Shown here in pieces: positions 63,776 to 64,000 of a stretch of DNA of 64,000 bases. Numbering within the stretch: the stretch's first letter is position 1; each line of letters begins with the position of its first letter. The translations under genes and the position numbers were made by a program. A model generated the notes under the pieces. It saw only the letters and a list, made by a program, of their open reading frames with translations. It was not told the origin of the DNA and did no database searches. Location of the stretch: assembly GCA_963827475.1 (NCBI GenBank), contig CAWHAZ010000003.1, positions 64,001-128,000 on the forward strand. Reading direction: 5' to 3'. The DNA comes from an uncultured Chloroflexia bacterium (GTDB lineage Bacteria; Chloroflexota; Limnocylindria; QHBO01).

Positions 63776-63926
63776 CCGATACCTCGCGCTTGTCTGCGCT
63801 GCTACATTGGATTGACTCGTTCCGCACCGTTCCGCCGCGCCCGGGCGGGGCGCGGACCCCGAGGGTCGAACCCTCTTGGCGGAACACACACGAACGGCGT
63901 CCCGCGGCTCGGGACACCGACCTCGG

Positions 63927-63955
63927 AGTATAGGTCGCCTGCTACGCGACTGCAA
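63927..63955 (-). promoter_or_regulatory. Sigma-70 promoter of the str operon
   Basis: TTGCAG-17 nt-TATACT about 150 nt upstream of rpsL. Confidence 0.75.
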
Positions 63956-64000
63956 GACGCGCCCCTCGGATTGTTGCTCCCCCGCCCGGCGAGCGCCGGT

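Noticed and set aside
62847-63917. Apparent 1048-aa EF-G with N-terminal extension
   Set aside because: The extension is an alternative-frame read through rpsL/rpsG; EF-G homology starts at ATG 62846.

Overview
High-GC bacterial chromosome segment, almost all housekeeping. Gene content and order suggest a Chloroflexota-like Terrabacterium; this is inference, not a database result. The right two-thirds is one nearly uninterrupted minus-strand gene run: str/S10/spc/alpha ribosomal clusters, truA-rplM-rpsI, cdaA-cdaR-glmM-glmS, acpS-nnrD-alr, an uncharacterised GlmL-like ATPase plus partner gene, tsaE-tsaB-rimI-tsaD, rsmA-ispE-ridA-glmU and a CNNM/hemolysin gene. It continues leftward as recO-glyQS-TPR-ppdK and dnaG-rpoD-tRNA-Asn. 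The left end carries accessory genes: CorA (partial), MFS, MDR dehydrogenase and an AraC-DUF1801-VOC-UvrA2 cassette. Best candidates for an undescribed system: (1) a degenerate ECF-sigma-like protein that lacks the acidic RNAP-binding motif and has a shortened region-4 helix, coupled to a ZAS-TM-FN3 anti-sigma-like receptor and transcribed divergently from dnaG-rpoD across an intergenic region with four CTTGACA boxes; (2) the orphan GlmL-like ATPase + barrel-sandwich/KOW gene pair between alr and tsaE. Also notable: many apparently leaderless promoters, long charged tails on ribosomal proteins and RpoD, and an unusual S12 decoding-loop motif. Several genes, including essential ones (glyQS, ispE, tsaD, rpsC), carry frameshifts best explained as sequencing or assembly errors. 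No rRNA, CRISPR array, integrase or transposase was seen.
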